Positions 50,168-63,065 of a stretch of DNA of 64,000 nucleotides are shown here, in pieces (the first letter of the stretch is position 1; each line of letters starts with the position of its first letter). The stretch is from NCBI GenBank assembly GCA_050273025.1, contig CP158635.1, forward strand, positions 32,674,001-32,738,000. Reading direction: 5' to 3'. The notes beneath the pieces are model-generated. The model did no database searches, was not told where the DNA came from, and saw only the letters and a program-made list of their open reading frames with translations. This stretch comes from Cenococcum geophilum. Taxonomy: Eukaryota. The translations under genes were made by a program, and so were the position numbers.

Positions 50168-52905
50168 TGTTGGTCACACAGGGTGACTCACTAATAACGA
50201 CTACTCGAGTAGGGTTATAGTGATGTTAGTTAATAAAGCTTTTTCATTAGAATGGGGGAGGGCGAGGAGCTTAAGGCTCCTCGCCACGCTAGTGCCGCGG
50301 CTACACGTGACCACACGTGATATATTCCTGACACTGGCAACTCTTCTTTTATGGTTGCCATTTACATATAAAATACCGCTTGACTAGCGTAAGAAATATT
50401 AATCCTTTTTACTTACTATTGCTATTGCAATATAAGTCTCGCTGTCCAAAAATTTGCCTCTTATAGCGGCTTATATAAATGCCTCTAAACTAAAGCTTAT
50501 AGATTGCTATTTAGTGAAAATACTAAACTAAGGAGAAGAAGAGAAAGGAGAAAGAATCGTTTAGAAGTAGTAGGCGGACATCTTATAAAGGCCGCTAAGG
50601 CGCTAGTAGTAAGCAAGCCAATAGCGATTTTCTATCCCGGGGATGGAAAATCCTAATTGGCTGGTTGAAGTTAGGGTCTATAGAATATCGCAGGTAGTAT
50701 ACCCTAATACCATTATCTACCTTACTAAGTTCTATAAGAAGCTTCTAGCAATTCTTTTTTTATAGATATAGTGCTGCAGAAAGGTAGTAAGGTATTAATT
50801 TAGCTGCAGGTAGAAGCAGTAAAAGTCTGTTTAGGTAGTAGTACGGTACCAGTAGCGGTAGTAATAGTAGTTAAGTATAGAGCTTGTCTATTAGTCGGTC
50901 GGTTAATTATAGGCATATAGGCATAATTATTCGGTTAGTAGATCGCAGGCGTATTAGCACGATTAGTATTGTAATAGTAGGTATAGCGGCGCTATTAGTT
51001 TGTTAATAGTATATAGCAGTACGGTACTAATATAGGGTTAGTTTTATAGGCAGATCGGCACGGAATCTTATTATAGGGTTGGTTCGTAGGTATATTAGTT
51101 ATAACAGTTATTAGGTTTATAACTGCCGTAGATACTAGCAGTTCTTTCTTTATGCTTATAGCGTTACTAGCGTAACTATGCCGTTCTAACCGCTTCCCCC
51201 TTATATTACTCTCTTTTTACGGTACCCTCCATAAGAACTCCCTATCTAAATCACGCTAGTAGCTACCTTTATAGCTACTTTAGGAACTACAGAAGTCTTA
51301 GAATCTTTATAGAGGAATAGGTAACTATTACTGCTAATTAAAGATACTATTTATAAATCTGGGTTATTGTAAAGGCTTTTATAAAAGCTTTTATAGAAGC
51401 TTTTACGGAGGTTACTGCGGAGGTTACTATAGATATTGCTGCGGATATTACTGCGGATATTGCTGCGGATATTACTGCAGAGATTCTTATAGAGGTTACT
51501 GCGGAAGTTGCTGCGGAAGTTGCTGGTAGGTTAGGATATCGTTTACAGATTTAGCTTATTGTGCCGGTTGTCCAGGCGCGGTAGGGGTTAGGGGAGATGT
51601 CTTGGCGCTTAAGTGGGACGGAGCTTGCACGGACGGAGCTTGTGTAGACAGAGCTTATACAGACGGAGCTTGTGTGGACAAAGCTTGTGCGGACCGAGCT
51701 TATAGAGACGGAGCTTATATGGACGGAGCTTAAGGCACAGGTTAAGATACGGCAGCTTAAGGAACTTAAGGTGTTTAATAGCCTAAGGTTATCTATGGTG
51801 GTTGCTGCGGAGGTTACTACGGGGGTTCTTGCGAAGGTTGCTGCGGAGGTTCTTACGGAGATTCTTGCGGAGATTCTTGCGGAGGTTCTTGCGGAGGTTA
51901 AAGCGTCTCTAGTGGTGTATTACTTAGATTTTAGCGTAAGTTAAGCTTCTTTTAGTGCTCAATCTCTTATAAAGTCCATTTATGCTCTTTTTTTACATTA
52001 ATAATATACTCCTAAATATTATCTCTAATAATGCCCCCATCTATAGGGACAAATACTTTATTCTCCTAAAGGAAGTTATAGAAGTCTTATATAATAACCT
52101 TCTTCGCAAGAGTTTATGTTTCCTTTGTCTATCTAATAAAGTCCTCCTTTATATAATACTATAGCATAGTATCCTCGTATTTACTGTCTTTGTAGTATGC
52201 TATACGGTATAATAGGAATCCGTTTAGGTCCTATTGCTTAGCGTTTACAAAGTTAATTATGGCTTTGTTCTATATCTTTGGGTTAATATCTTCCTTATAC
52301 TTCTCCGGGTAGGTTAACGCTATAGTAGGTATAGAATTGACGGGGTGTTATACGTCGAAGGTAGGTAGGATTTTCGGTTTTGTAGGATCTCGTAGGTTTG
52401 CTGTCAAGAGGTAGGCAATTTGAGATGTTATTTAACGCGTTTTAGACGTCGTTTAACGCGTTTTAGACGTTAACTTAGGACCCTAGGTTTAGTGACACTT
52501 CTAACCTAAAGTACTCGACTAAATCTTCGTAAATGCGGTTGTTCTGCGTAATAGACGCAACTTGGTATCTCCTAGTACTTAGTAATACTTTTATTACTAG
52601 TTTTCTATAAGTCTAAGGTAGTATAGTATCGCCGGGATCTATTCCATATAAGCGCATATAGCACCCCTATATAAGACTATCTCTTCTGTTTGAAAACCTA
52701 GCTGCTCTATAGTTGACTGTGTATTCAACTACTGATCAGTGTTAGTTACATAGGGTAACTCACCAATAACGACTACTTGAGTAGGGTTACAGTGATGTTA
52801 GTTAATAAAGCTTTTTCATTAGAATAGGGGAGGGCGAGGAGCTTAAGGCTCCTCGCCACGCTAGTGCCGCGGCTATACGTGACCACACGTGATATATTCC
52901 CGACA
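50168..52905 (-). mobile_element. Non-autonomous LTR element with Copia-type gag N-terminus only, inserted in the Gypsy RT
   Basis: 166-bp LTRs at 50168-50333 and 52740-52905, TSD GCAAT. Minus ORF from ~52325 (EDTML.YYIKEDF...HKWTL.EI) resembles the gag at ~45230-45420. Internal 12-/15-bp tandem repeats. No pol recognised. Confidence 0.85.
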
Positions 52906-55900
52906 GCAATAAATAAAAGGCAGTATTTAGGTCAAAGGAAGGGCTATACAAACTATTAGTTATGCAATTTAGGCTTATAAACGCATTAGTAATATTCCAG
53001 AAATGTATTAATAATGTATTAGGAGAACACTTAGATAAATTTATTATAGTATACTTTAATAATATTATTATCTACTTAATAACTAAGGAAGAATATAGGG
53101 AATATATTAAATAGGTCTTAAAAAGACTACAAAAAGAATAGATGCTAGTAGTAATTAAGAAATACAAGTTCTTCACTAGGAAGACCAATTTTGTTAAATT
53201 TATTATTAAACTAGGCCAACTTAGTATAGATCTAAAGAAGATTAAGGCTATAGTAAATTAGTAAGAACTAGAGAACGTTATATAGTTAAGATTGTTCTTA
53301 GGGTTTTGCAATTACTGTAGAAGGTTTATAGCATAATAGTCGAAGGATATTAAGCTACTTACGCGGTTAAGAAAGAAAAAAGAACTATAGGTATAGGGAA
53401 AGGAATAAAAAGAGCTATTTAAATAAGTTAAAGAGTTGTTTACCTAGGAGCTAGTTCTTAAAATCTATTAACTAGGACTAAAGATAGTTATAAAAACGGA
53501 TGCATTAGACTTTATACTAGGGGCATGCTTTATATAGAAATATTAAGATAAATAGCACTTAGTAGCATATTACAGTCGGAAGATAATACTACTAAAGTTA
53601 AACTATAACATCTATAACAAGGAGTTATTAGGTATAATTACAGCATTAAAGAAATAAAGAGTATTCTTATAAGGTATAGAGAAACTATTTATAGTTAAGA
53701 TAGATTATAAGAACCTAATAGGATTTCTAATAATAAAGGAACTTAACTAACAATAGGTTAGATAGGCAAAGATACTTACAAAATACTATTTTAAGATTTA
53801 GTATACTAAGGGTACAGATAACATATAAGCAGACACTTTAAGCTAAAAGGCTAAACTATAAAATAATAAAAAGCTATTAGGGGCTTTACTACGGAAGGAC
53901 ATAGATAGATTAATTAGGTATAATTATCCAAAAATTATAGCAACTTAAGAAAATAATAAACTAGAGAAAGTTTATAAGATACTAGAAAGCTTTTAGGAAT
54001 AAAGAATTCTAGAGGTATAGCTAGAAGATCTATAGACGGATATATACAAAAATCGAGAAGTAAAGTATATCCTAAGAAGTATAGCAGAGTAATTTATAGA
54101 AGAATTCTATAAGGGATTAACTTAAGGATATAACGGAGCTAAGGGCTTAGTGTTAAGACTCTAGAAAGAGTATATTATTAATAAAATCTAAAATATTGCA
54201 AGAAAAGTAATAAAGGAGTATCTAGATTGCTAAAGGAATAAACTAATAAGATATAGGCTATATAGAGGGCTATAACCTATTAAAATACTAGAGAGACTAT
54301 AGGAGGTTATATTATAGGACTTTATTATTAAGTTACTAAAGTTAAAAGATCCTATTACCAGACAAGATTATAACGCGATCTTAGTAATAGTAGATAAGCT
54401 TATAAAGTAGGGATACTTTATAGCATATATAGAAGAAATCTTAGTAGAAGATGTTGCTAGAATCTATATTAAAGAAGTATTTATAAGATATAGAGTACTA
54501 AGTAAGATTATATTAGATAGAGATCTAAGATTTATAATAGCATTTTAGGAAGTATTCTTAGCGGAATAAGGAGTTAGAGTAGCAACTTTTACTATATATT
54601 ATCTACAGATAGACAGTTAAATAGAAAGATTAAATTAGATACTAGAATAGTATCTAAGGCACTATATTAATTATATACAGAATAATTAGGTATCGCTATT
54701 ACTAGTTATATAGTTTATATACAATGCAATACCTTAAAAAGGGATAGACATATTACCATTTAAGGCAAATTATAGATATAAGCTAAGGACATTGTTGTTA
54801 CTACGGTAAGTAAAAAAGATGAGTAGTATAGCTAAAGAAAGGATAAAGACGTTAATAAATCTTTATGCAGACCTTATAAAATTAGTAAGAAAGTATAAAA
54901 GAGAATAAAAAAGTACTATAATACTAAGAGATTTAAGGGACTAGATCTTAAGGAGGGAAATAAAGTATAGCTACTATATAAAAATTTTAAGAGTTAATAA
55001 CTAAGTAAGAAGTTAGACTACGTTAGACTAAGACCTTTTAAAATTACGCAGAAAATTTCACTGGTTATATTTAAGTTAAACCTACTAGCTAAAATAAAGA
55101 TCTACCCTATATAGTATATTGTAATACTAGAGCCAGCATATAGAAATATTAAGCCACTAGTCTATAAGGTAGACATATATAGAGGATAAGAAGAAGACAA
55201 ATAATAAGTTTTGAAGATTATTAGTTATAAGGACATTAATAATAAAATATAGTACGAGGTTAAGTGGATAGGCTACACTAAGACTACCTAGAAACTACTA
55301 GAAAATTTAAAGAATGCTATAAGAAAGGTATAGGAGTATTAGAAGAAATTAGGTTAAGTAGTATTAATAAAGAAGGATTACTAAAGAATAAGTTACCTAA
55401 AGGGGACCTAAGAAGAGCAGTTACTAAACTACTTAGATCTATTTCCTTCTCTATTAAAAGAGAATCCGTTCTTTTATTATTAAGTTCCTATAAGCCTTAT
55501 TCTATAAGTTTCTACTCCTTAAAATAAATCTTTTTACGAACCTTCTTAAGACGGATTAACTGAGCGGACGCCGTAAGATAAGACTTAAGGGCCCGTTGCT
55601 AAGCATTAGCAGCCTCCTATTCTATATTATAGAAATAGTATAACTTTACCAGAGTAATAGACAGTTTATTATCTAGCTATATAGTAATAAATTAAATATA
55701 AGACCCTAAAATAAATTAATTAGGGAACTAGACGACTATTAAGAGTAATAGGTTATATATATTTAGCATTAAAGACGGAGTAAACGTTATAGGATAAATA
55801 AATATTTGCTTTAGTGCACTCTAAGCAAGAGGACGGTTATCGCGGAGATAGACTTGCCAACGTAATATAAACCAACCCCTCTTTTAAATAGCGAGAATAC

Positions 55901-56027
55901 TGTTAGGTGACGAAGTTACCTCGCCTATATATATTGTTCCGCATAGCCGTGCCTAGCATTAAGCCAGTCACTTATTTACCTTTTGTGGGTTTATGTGGCT
56001 AAGTAATGCGGAGCTTATCACCTCACA
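55901..56027. mobile_element. Very short solo LTR (127 bp)
   Basis: TGTTAGGTGA...TCACCTCACA, TSD AATAC. Absent at the homologous position of copies 1 and 3. Confidence 0.85.
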
Positions 56028-57528
56028 AATACGGAGATGGCATAATCTCACTAAGAGACAATATTATAGCTACGGTGCGAATACGACGAGCAGTTAAAGA
56101 CAAAGAAATTGCTTTAGGTATAATAAGTAAAAATATTAACTAAATTAATTAGATAGATATCATACCTCTAATAAACGACTTAGAGATATTAGGAATCTTT
56201 AAGGACAAAGATAAAGAGAAGGGAGATGGTATTACGGACACTTTAAGTACGATGTTATAACTACTTAGAAAGGAGATAAAAGAAGCTAGTTAGTTAATAT
56301 AAGTATAGTCTAGGATAGAGCTGGTAAACCTATATAATAAGGAATAGTAGCTAAGGTTATATAATATAATCTATATAATTTATATAATCTATAAGATCTA
56401 TAATAAAGTAGATAGAGTATATATATATTATATACAAGAAGGATTTTATAGGAGTACGGTTGTATATTTAAGGACCCTTAGTCCCTACTTAGATAGTTCC
56501 TTCCTTATAGTAATTTTTAGAATATAATTAGAGTTAATCTATTAGGCAACCACTCCACTAGTTATTATTACGTTGTTGACTTTACTTTGCTTTACCTACA
56601 TACCTAGCCTAATAACGAGCCTACTGTAGTTCTTGCTACAAGGTTCCGTTACACTAAGCCTATTTTACTATACTGCGCGGCCTAGCCCTTAACTACTACT
56701 ATACTAACCTTAAGAGTAACCCCCTTAGTGTTTCCTTTAATAAGCTATATAAAGCTATATATAATTACTTTAAAGGGCTAGAATATAAGTGTAATATTCT
56801 TACCTAATAGAATGCGATTAAGTTACGGACTATAATTAATAAGAATACCAAAAAATCGACTATAGAGTGCCTGCAAATCCTTATTAAAGACCTTTGGCAC
56901 CTACAGTACAGCCTTAATATTAAGCTTTAAATAGACGACTTTCTATATAATAAACTTATTATAGCTTACTAGGAAGTAGAGCCCTATAAATATGCCTATT
57001 ATAAGCCTATAGACACCTTAACTAGCCTTATTAACGATTTATGGTCCTCTATTACAATATATAAAGTCTTAAACCCGCTAGGTAGTATTTAAACCTTTAT
57101 TACGGACCTATAAAACCTATAAACTAACTTAGATGCCTACTTTATGGACCGCCGCTACCGCTAGTAGTACCTGTACCGACTAAGGAAGTGTTCGGTTTGG
57201 GGTTTAGAAGCGATCTAGAGCCTTTAGATCAGAACTGATCTGGAGCTCCAATCTGATCTGGAGGCGAGAGTTTGGTATATCTGGCGACTTTTTAATCTAA
57301 AGCTCCTCCAGATCGGTAAGCGCGTCAAATTCGCACGCTATACCGTATATAGTAGTTAAACTGAAGCTCTTAGCGTCAGATTAATAAGGAGCCCTTAGTT
57401 CCAGCTCCAGATTCCAGATTGAATCTAGAGCTCTGCTTGTGCATGCGCCCGACCGTCTACCCCACCCAGTATACCCCCACCACCCCTCCCACCGACGATA
57501 TTGCTATAGCAGCTGCAGGCTCTATATA

Positions 57529-58715
57529 ATGTCCTTCTCCTAATTTTTTCCTCCGTAATTCTTATCCAATAACCTGGCGGCGTTTATACTTAACACATTG
57601 ATATATAGCGCGGGACGGTGTAGACGACGTAGTTGCTCTATAGGCATGAGCGGAGGCTCTATAACGTGACGCGGATGCGGCCGAAGGTGTTTAGGAAGCT
57701 GCTCGAGTGGCTTTAAATTAATGGTGGCATACGCGATATATGGCTTCTATCGGCGGCAGAGAAGCTGCTTATATTTATATTAATATTCGGTCAAAATTAG
57801 TTATATAGGCTGGTTTGTAAGGAAACGCAGCACTTATTATTAATAATTAAGGAGTAGGAAATACGTACTTTTAATAAAATCCTTTGGCAGCGCTGATTTT
57901 ATATATAGAGCCGTGTATAAGGTTCTCTATGGTCTTGTTTAACTATATAAGGAAGTTATTAAGCTACCTTTAAACTATATACTAGATAAGGTCGCAGATA
58001 ATCTAAAACGCTATCCGTTCTTTGCTGATTGTATTAAAGCGCTTAACAGCACGCATCTACCGGTGTTAATTAAGGGGGGGGTATAAGAGGCAAGCTCCCT
58101 AGTGTGGTAGAAAGGGCGGTTTAACACAGAACGTCCTAGCGGCCGTTGACTTTAAGATAAACTTTATATATATTCTCGCTGGATAGGAAGGCACTGCCCA
58201 TAACTATAGGGTAATAGATTTAGCAAAAAGGAAAGGCTTTAAAGCTCTACTAGGAAGATATTATATTGCTAACACTAGGTACTTAAATACGCCTATAACG
58301 CTTACTCTATACCACGGCGTTTAATATTATCTTTATAAGCAGAGCTAGGTAAATATAAAGCTGTAGAATGCGAAGGAGCTCTATAATCTACGTTATTTAG
58401 TATTAAGGAATATTATTAAGCATGCCTTTAGGTTGTTTAAGAAGCGGTTTCGATATTTTAAGTTAGTAAAAGTTAACTTCCCTCTATTAACGTAGGTTCT
58501 TCTAGTATATACACTAACGGCAGTGCATAACTTCTTAAATATGCATAATCCAGACGATTTAAATAACTACGGTATTATAGAAGATAAGGCGATTAATAAG
58601 GAGGACGCGCGGATAGTAGAGGAAGAGAGTAATATAGATATAAATTAAAGACGAGACGAAATTGTAGAGCTTATATAGAATAGCTACTGTTAAGCAATAG
58701 GGAGGGCCCTATAAT
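57529..58715 (+). pseudogene. Harbinger DDE transposase (DDE_Tnp_4-type)
   Basis: F.DCI.AL(DG)TH, QNVLAAVDF, G(W)EGTAH(D), YYIA(D..)Y, ELYNLR, HAF.LFKKRF. Confidence 0.88.
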
Positions 58716-58979
58716 AATAAGCTATATTATTTTAGAGGGGTTTATTATAGAAAAGTATATAGATATTTATAATAGAGTACCGTACTAGGCTAGAGGAGAG
58801 TAATTAAGTTTAGAGACTTCCTTTTACACGTATTAGGTAGTAGTTACTTTTACTTTACCTAAGGACTTTATTACTATCCTAAGATTTAATTTAATTTATA
58901 TATAGAATATATAGAAAATATATACTTAAATAGATATTAGGAAATTGGTAAAGTAGAGTAAAAGTAGTAGCTTATTTCT

Positions 58980-59824
58980 ACCTTAAACATTAATTATTAC
59001 CTCTACTACCACCTCCTCCACCAGCAATATTAACCTTAACGTCTTTATTCTTCTTCATCCTTGCTAGAACCTTATTAACTAGCTTTACTTAAATTGCCCC
59101 TAATATAACTAGAAACAATCTTGCTGTTAATTCCGTTTTAAAGGCTTATAGAATAAGCACCTGGTTATTAAGTTCCATTTCTTTAAACTCCCTTATAAAC
59201 TCTTCTAAAGCTTTTTTTAGAGGCGGCTTTTAGCTAAGTAGCTCTCTTATAGCTCTTATCTCTTATAATATAATCGCTACAGTCTCTTCTAGCTTTTCTA
59301 CCACTCCTTTTCTTCCAGCTCGCTAACGTTTTAAAGCTTGCTTATTTAGCCGGGCAGCTTATTAAACAGCGCGTTTTCTTATAGCTAGTGACGTAGCTTG
59401 AGCAGGTGTAGTTAAAGGCGTGCGATAAGGGTTTAGACTTGCTAAGGATAATAATTACTAACTAGAAGGTGTAGTAGAGTGCTCGCCTAATAAATTATCA
59501 CTAGCTAAGGACTCTAACTAACGTTGCTCTGTAGAAGATAGAGGTTCGTCTTTAGTACTATCCTTATTAAATACCTCTTCTTTCTTACTCCTACCCTCCG
59601 GTATAGTAATAATACTTTCCTCCCTTAGTAACTTAGGATTAATCGGCATCTTATTATATATTTGCTTAAGGGCTTCATTAACCGTAATAACGTAACTACC
59701 CGTTATAACTACACCTTTAAATAGCTCCTCTAGCTCTTCTAAAAACGGTAAAGGAGCGCTTTAGAACTTAGTAGTGTCTATAGTAGCTTTAAAGTATATA
59801 TCTATAATATCTTTAGCAGTAACT
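58980..59824 (-). pseudogene. Harbinger second ORF (expected Myb/SANT-like partner), C-terminal part
   Basis: Convergent to the transposase; reads KF.SAPLPFLEELEELF.GVI.TGSY. The N-terminus lies beyond the Gypsy insertion, so the Myb domain itself is not seen. Confidence 0.6.
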
Positions 59825-60356
59825 TATAACGGAACCTTATAGCAAGAACTACGATGGGCTTATTATTAGGCTAGGTATATAGGTAATATAAGTTAAAGTT
59901 AATAACGTAATAATAACTAGTGGAGTAGTTGCCTAATAGATTAACTCTAATTATATTCTAAGAATTACTATAAGAAAGGAACTATCTAGGTAGGGATTAA
60001 GGGTCCTTAAATATATAACCGTACTCCTATAAAATCCTTCTTATATATAATATACGTGTGCTCTATCTACTTTATTATAGATCCTATAGATTATATAGAT
60101 TATATAGATTATATTATATAACTTTAGTTACCATTCCTTATTATATAGTTTTATCGGCTCCATTCTAAACCGTACTTAAATTAACTAACTAGCTTCTTCC
60201 GTCTCTTCTCTAAGTAGTTATAATATTGTACTTAAAGCGTCTATAATACCATCTCCCTCCTCTTTATCTTTATCCTTAAAGATTTCTAATATCTCTAAGT
60301 TATTTACTAGAGGTATAATATCCATCTAATTAATTTAGTTAATATTTTTACTTATT

Positions 60357-60965
60357 ATACCTAAAGCAATTTCTTCGTCCTTAACTGCTCGTCGTGCTCG
60401 CACTATTGCTGCAATATTGTCTCTAGGTGAGATTATACTATCTTTATATTCGCGTTGTTTAAAAGAAGAGTTGGTTTATATTACGTTAGTAAGTCCATCT
60501 TCGCGGCAACCATTCTCTTATTTAGAGTGCACTAAAGCGAATATTTGTTTATCCTGCGATGTTTACTCTATCTCTAATGCTAAATATATACAACTTATTA
60601 CCCTTAATAGTCGTCTAGTTCCCTAATTAATTTGTCTTAAGGTTTTGTATTTAATCTGCTACTACGTAGCTAGATAATAAACTATCTATTACCCTAGCGG
60701 AGTTGCGCCGTTTTTATAATACAGAATGGGAAACTGCCGATACTTAGCAACGGGCCCTTAAGTCTCGTCTTATAGCGTCTACTCGGTTAATCCGTCTTAA
60801 GAAAGTTTATAAGAAGGTTCGCTTTAAGGAGTAGAAACTAGTAAAATAAGGTTTATAAGAACTTAGTGATAAAAAAATGGATTCTTCTCTAATAGAGAAT
60901 GAAATAGATCCGAGTAGCTCGGCAACTACTCTTCTTAGGTCCCCCTTAGGTAACTTATTTTTTAG
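60357..60965 (+). pseudogene. Antisense extra ORF of Gypsy family 1, copy 3
   Basis: Includes ORF 60417-60626 (SRC...SPSSRQP..LECTKANI..SCDV). Confidence 0.65.
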
Positions 60966-62833
60966 TAATCCTTTTTTATTAATACTGCCTAACCTAATCT
61001 CTTCTAATACTCCTGTACCTTTTTTATAGCATTCTTTAAATTTCCTAGTAGTTTTTAGGTAGTCTTATTATAGCCTATCCACTTAACCTTATACCATATT
61101 TTATTATTAATATCCTTATAACTAATAATCTTTAAAACTTACTATTTGTCTTCTTCTTGTCCTCTATATATATCTGCTTCGTAAACTAGTAGCTTAATAT
61201 TCCTATATACTAGCTCTAGTATTATAATATATTATATAGGGTAGATTTTTATTTTAGCTAGTAGGTTTAACTTAAATATAACTAGTAAAATCCTTTACGT
61301 AATTTTAAAAGGTCCTAGTCTAATATAGTTTAACTTCTTACTTAGTTGTTAACTCTTAAAATTTTTATATAGTAGCTATACTTTATCTCCCTCCTTAAGA
61401 TCTAGTCCCTTAGATCTCTTAGCATTATAGTACCTTTTTATTCTTTCTTATACTTTCTTTACTAATTCTATAAGGTCTATATAAAGATTTATTAACATCT
61501 TTATTTTTTCTTTAGCTATACTACTTATTTTCTTCACTTGTCGTAGTAATAATAATATCCTTAGCTTATATCCGTAATTTGCCTTAAATGGTAATATGCC
61601 TATTTCTTCCTATAGTATTATATTATATATAAACTATATAACTGGTAATAGTAATACCTAATTATTCTATGCATAATTAATATAATACCTTAGATACTGT
61701 TCTAGTGTCTAGTTTAGTCTTTCTATCTAACCGTCTATCTGCGGATAGTATGCGGTAAAAGTTGCTACTTAAACTCCTTATTCCGCTAAAAATACCTCCT
61801 AAAATGCTACTACGAATATTAAATCTCTATCCGATATAATTTTACTTAGTGCTCTATATCTTATAAATACTTCTTTAATATAGATTCTAGCGACATCTTC
61901 TACTAATATTTCTTCTATATATGCTATAAAGTATCCCTACTTTATAAGCTTATCTACTATTACTAAGATTACGTCGTAATCTTATCCAGTAATAGGATCT
62001 CTTAACTTTAGTAACTTAATAATAAAGTCCTATAATATGACCTCCTATAGTCTCTTTGGTATTTTAATAGGTTATAGCCCTCTATATAGCTTATGCCTTA
62101 TTAGTTTATTTCTTTAGCAATTTAGATACTCCTTTATTACTTTTCTTGCGATATTTTAGATTCTATTAATAATATATTCCTTCTAGAGTCTTAACACTAA
62201 GCCTATAGCTCTATTATATCCTTAAGTTAGTCCCTTATAGAAGTCTTCTATAAACTACTCTGCTATACTTCTTAGGATATACTTTACTTCTTAATTTTTG
62301 TATATATCTATCTATAGATCTTCTAGCTATACTTCTAGAATTCTTTATACCTAAAAGTTTTCTAGTATCTTATAGACTCTTTCTAGTTCGTTATCCTCTT
62401 AAGTTGCTATAATTTTTAGATAATTATACCTAATTAATCCGTCTATATCTTTTTGCAGTAAAGCCCCTAATAGCTTTTTATTATTTTATAGTTTAGCCTT
62501 TTAACTTAGAGCGTCTGCTTACGTATTATCTATACCCTTAGTATACTAAATCTTAAAATGGTATTCTATAAGCATCTCTGCCTATCTAACCTATCTTTAG
62601 TTAAGTTCCTTTATTATTAGGAATCCTATTAGGTTCTTATAATCTATCTTAACTATAAATAGTTTCTCTATACCTTATAAGAATACTCTCTATTTTTTTA
62701 GTACTATAACTATACCTAATAACTCCTTATTATAGATGTTATAGTTTAACTCTAGTAGTATTATCTTCCAACTATAGTATACCACTAGGTGCTATCTATC
62801 TTAATATTTCTATATAAAGTATACCCCTAGTAT

Positions 62834-63065
62834 TATGGTGGTGGACGCGGTCCCTCTTAGATAGGAAGTCACAATGCTGTCTATCTGTCGGTCGGTCGGT
62901 CGGTTGGTCGTCAGTCATAATCAGTTAGTAGGAAAGCAGTCAGTAAGAAGAAAGGAAAGAATGTATTCCGGTAGGTCGTGCTAGGGAGAAGGAGAGAAGC
63001 CGAAGGCTTAATATATACAGGAAAATGCCAAGGCACTAAGTAGTGGCCCATTTTACCCCACCATA
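62834..63065. mobile_element. Solo LTR-like insertion (~230 bp) in RNase H of Gypsy copy 3
   Basis: Ends TATGGTGG...CCACCATA (RIPped TG..CA) with 4-bp TSD GTAT; an alternative reading gives a 6-bp TSD TAGTAT. Absent from copies 1 and 2. Confidence 0.8.

Larger units (their letters stand above)
45806..56653 (+). mobile_element. Ty3/Gypsy family 1, copy 2 (full length)
   Basis: 424-bp LTRs at 45806-46229 and 56230-56653, TSD CTAAG. Colinear with 4186-13760. Confidence 0.95.
44575..57180 (+). mobile_element. Copia-type element 5' part (gag), interrupted by Gypsy 45806-56653 and Harbinger at 57184; left boundary approximate
   Basis: LTR appears to end ..aaca at 44705, followed by ctgattagta (same as after the LTR of 50168-52905). 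gag motifs DLWE.YKEDF, KELANLAKLYTNESKYSGEN.NF.FKL, continuing after the insertion as A(YS)T(M)LRGLAL. Confidence 0.65.
57184..59824 (+). mobile_element. PIF/Harbinger transposon (left part), interrupted by Gypsy copy 3
   Basis: TAA then terminus ggaagtgttcggtt matching the MITE TIRs. Two convergent ORFs. Confidence 0.85.
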
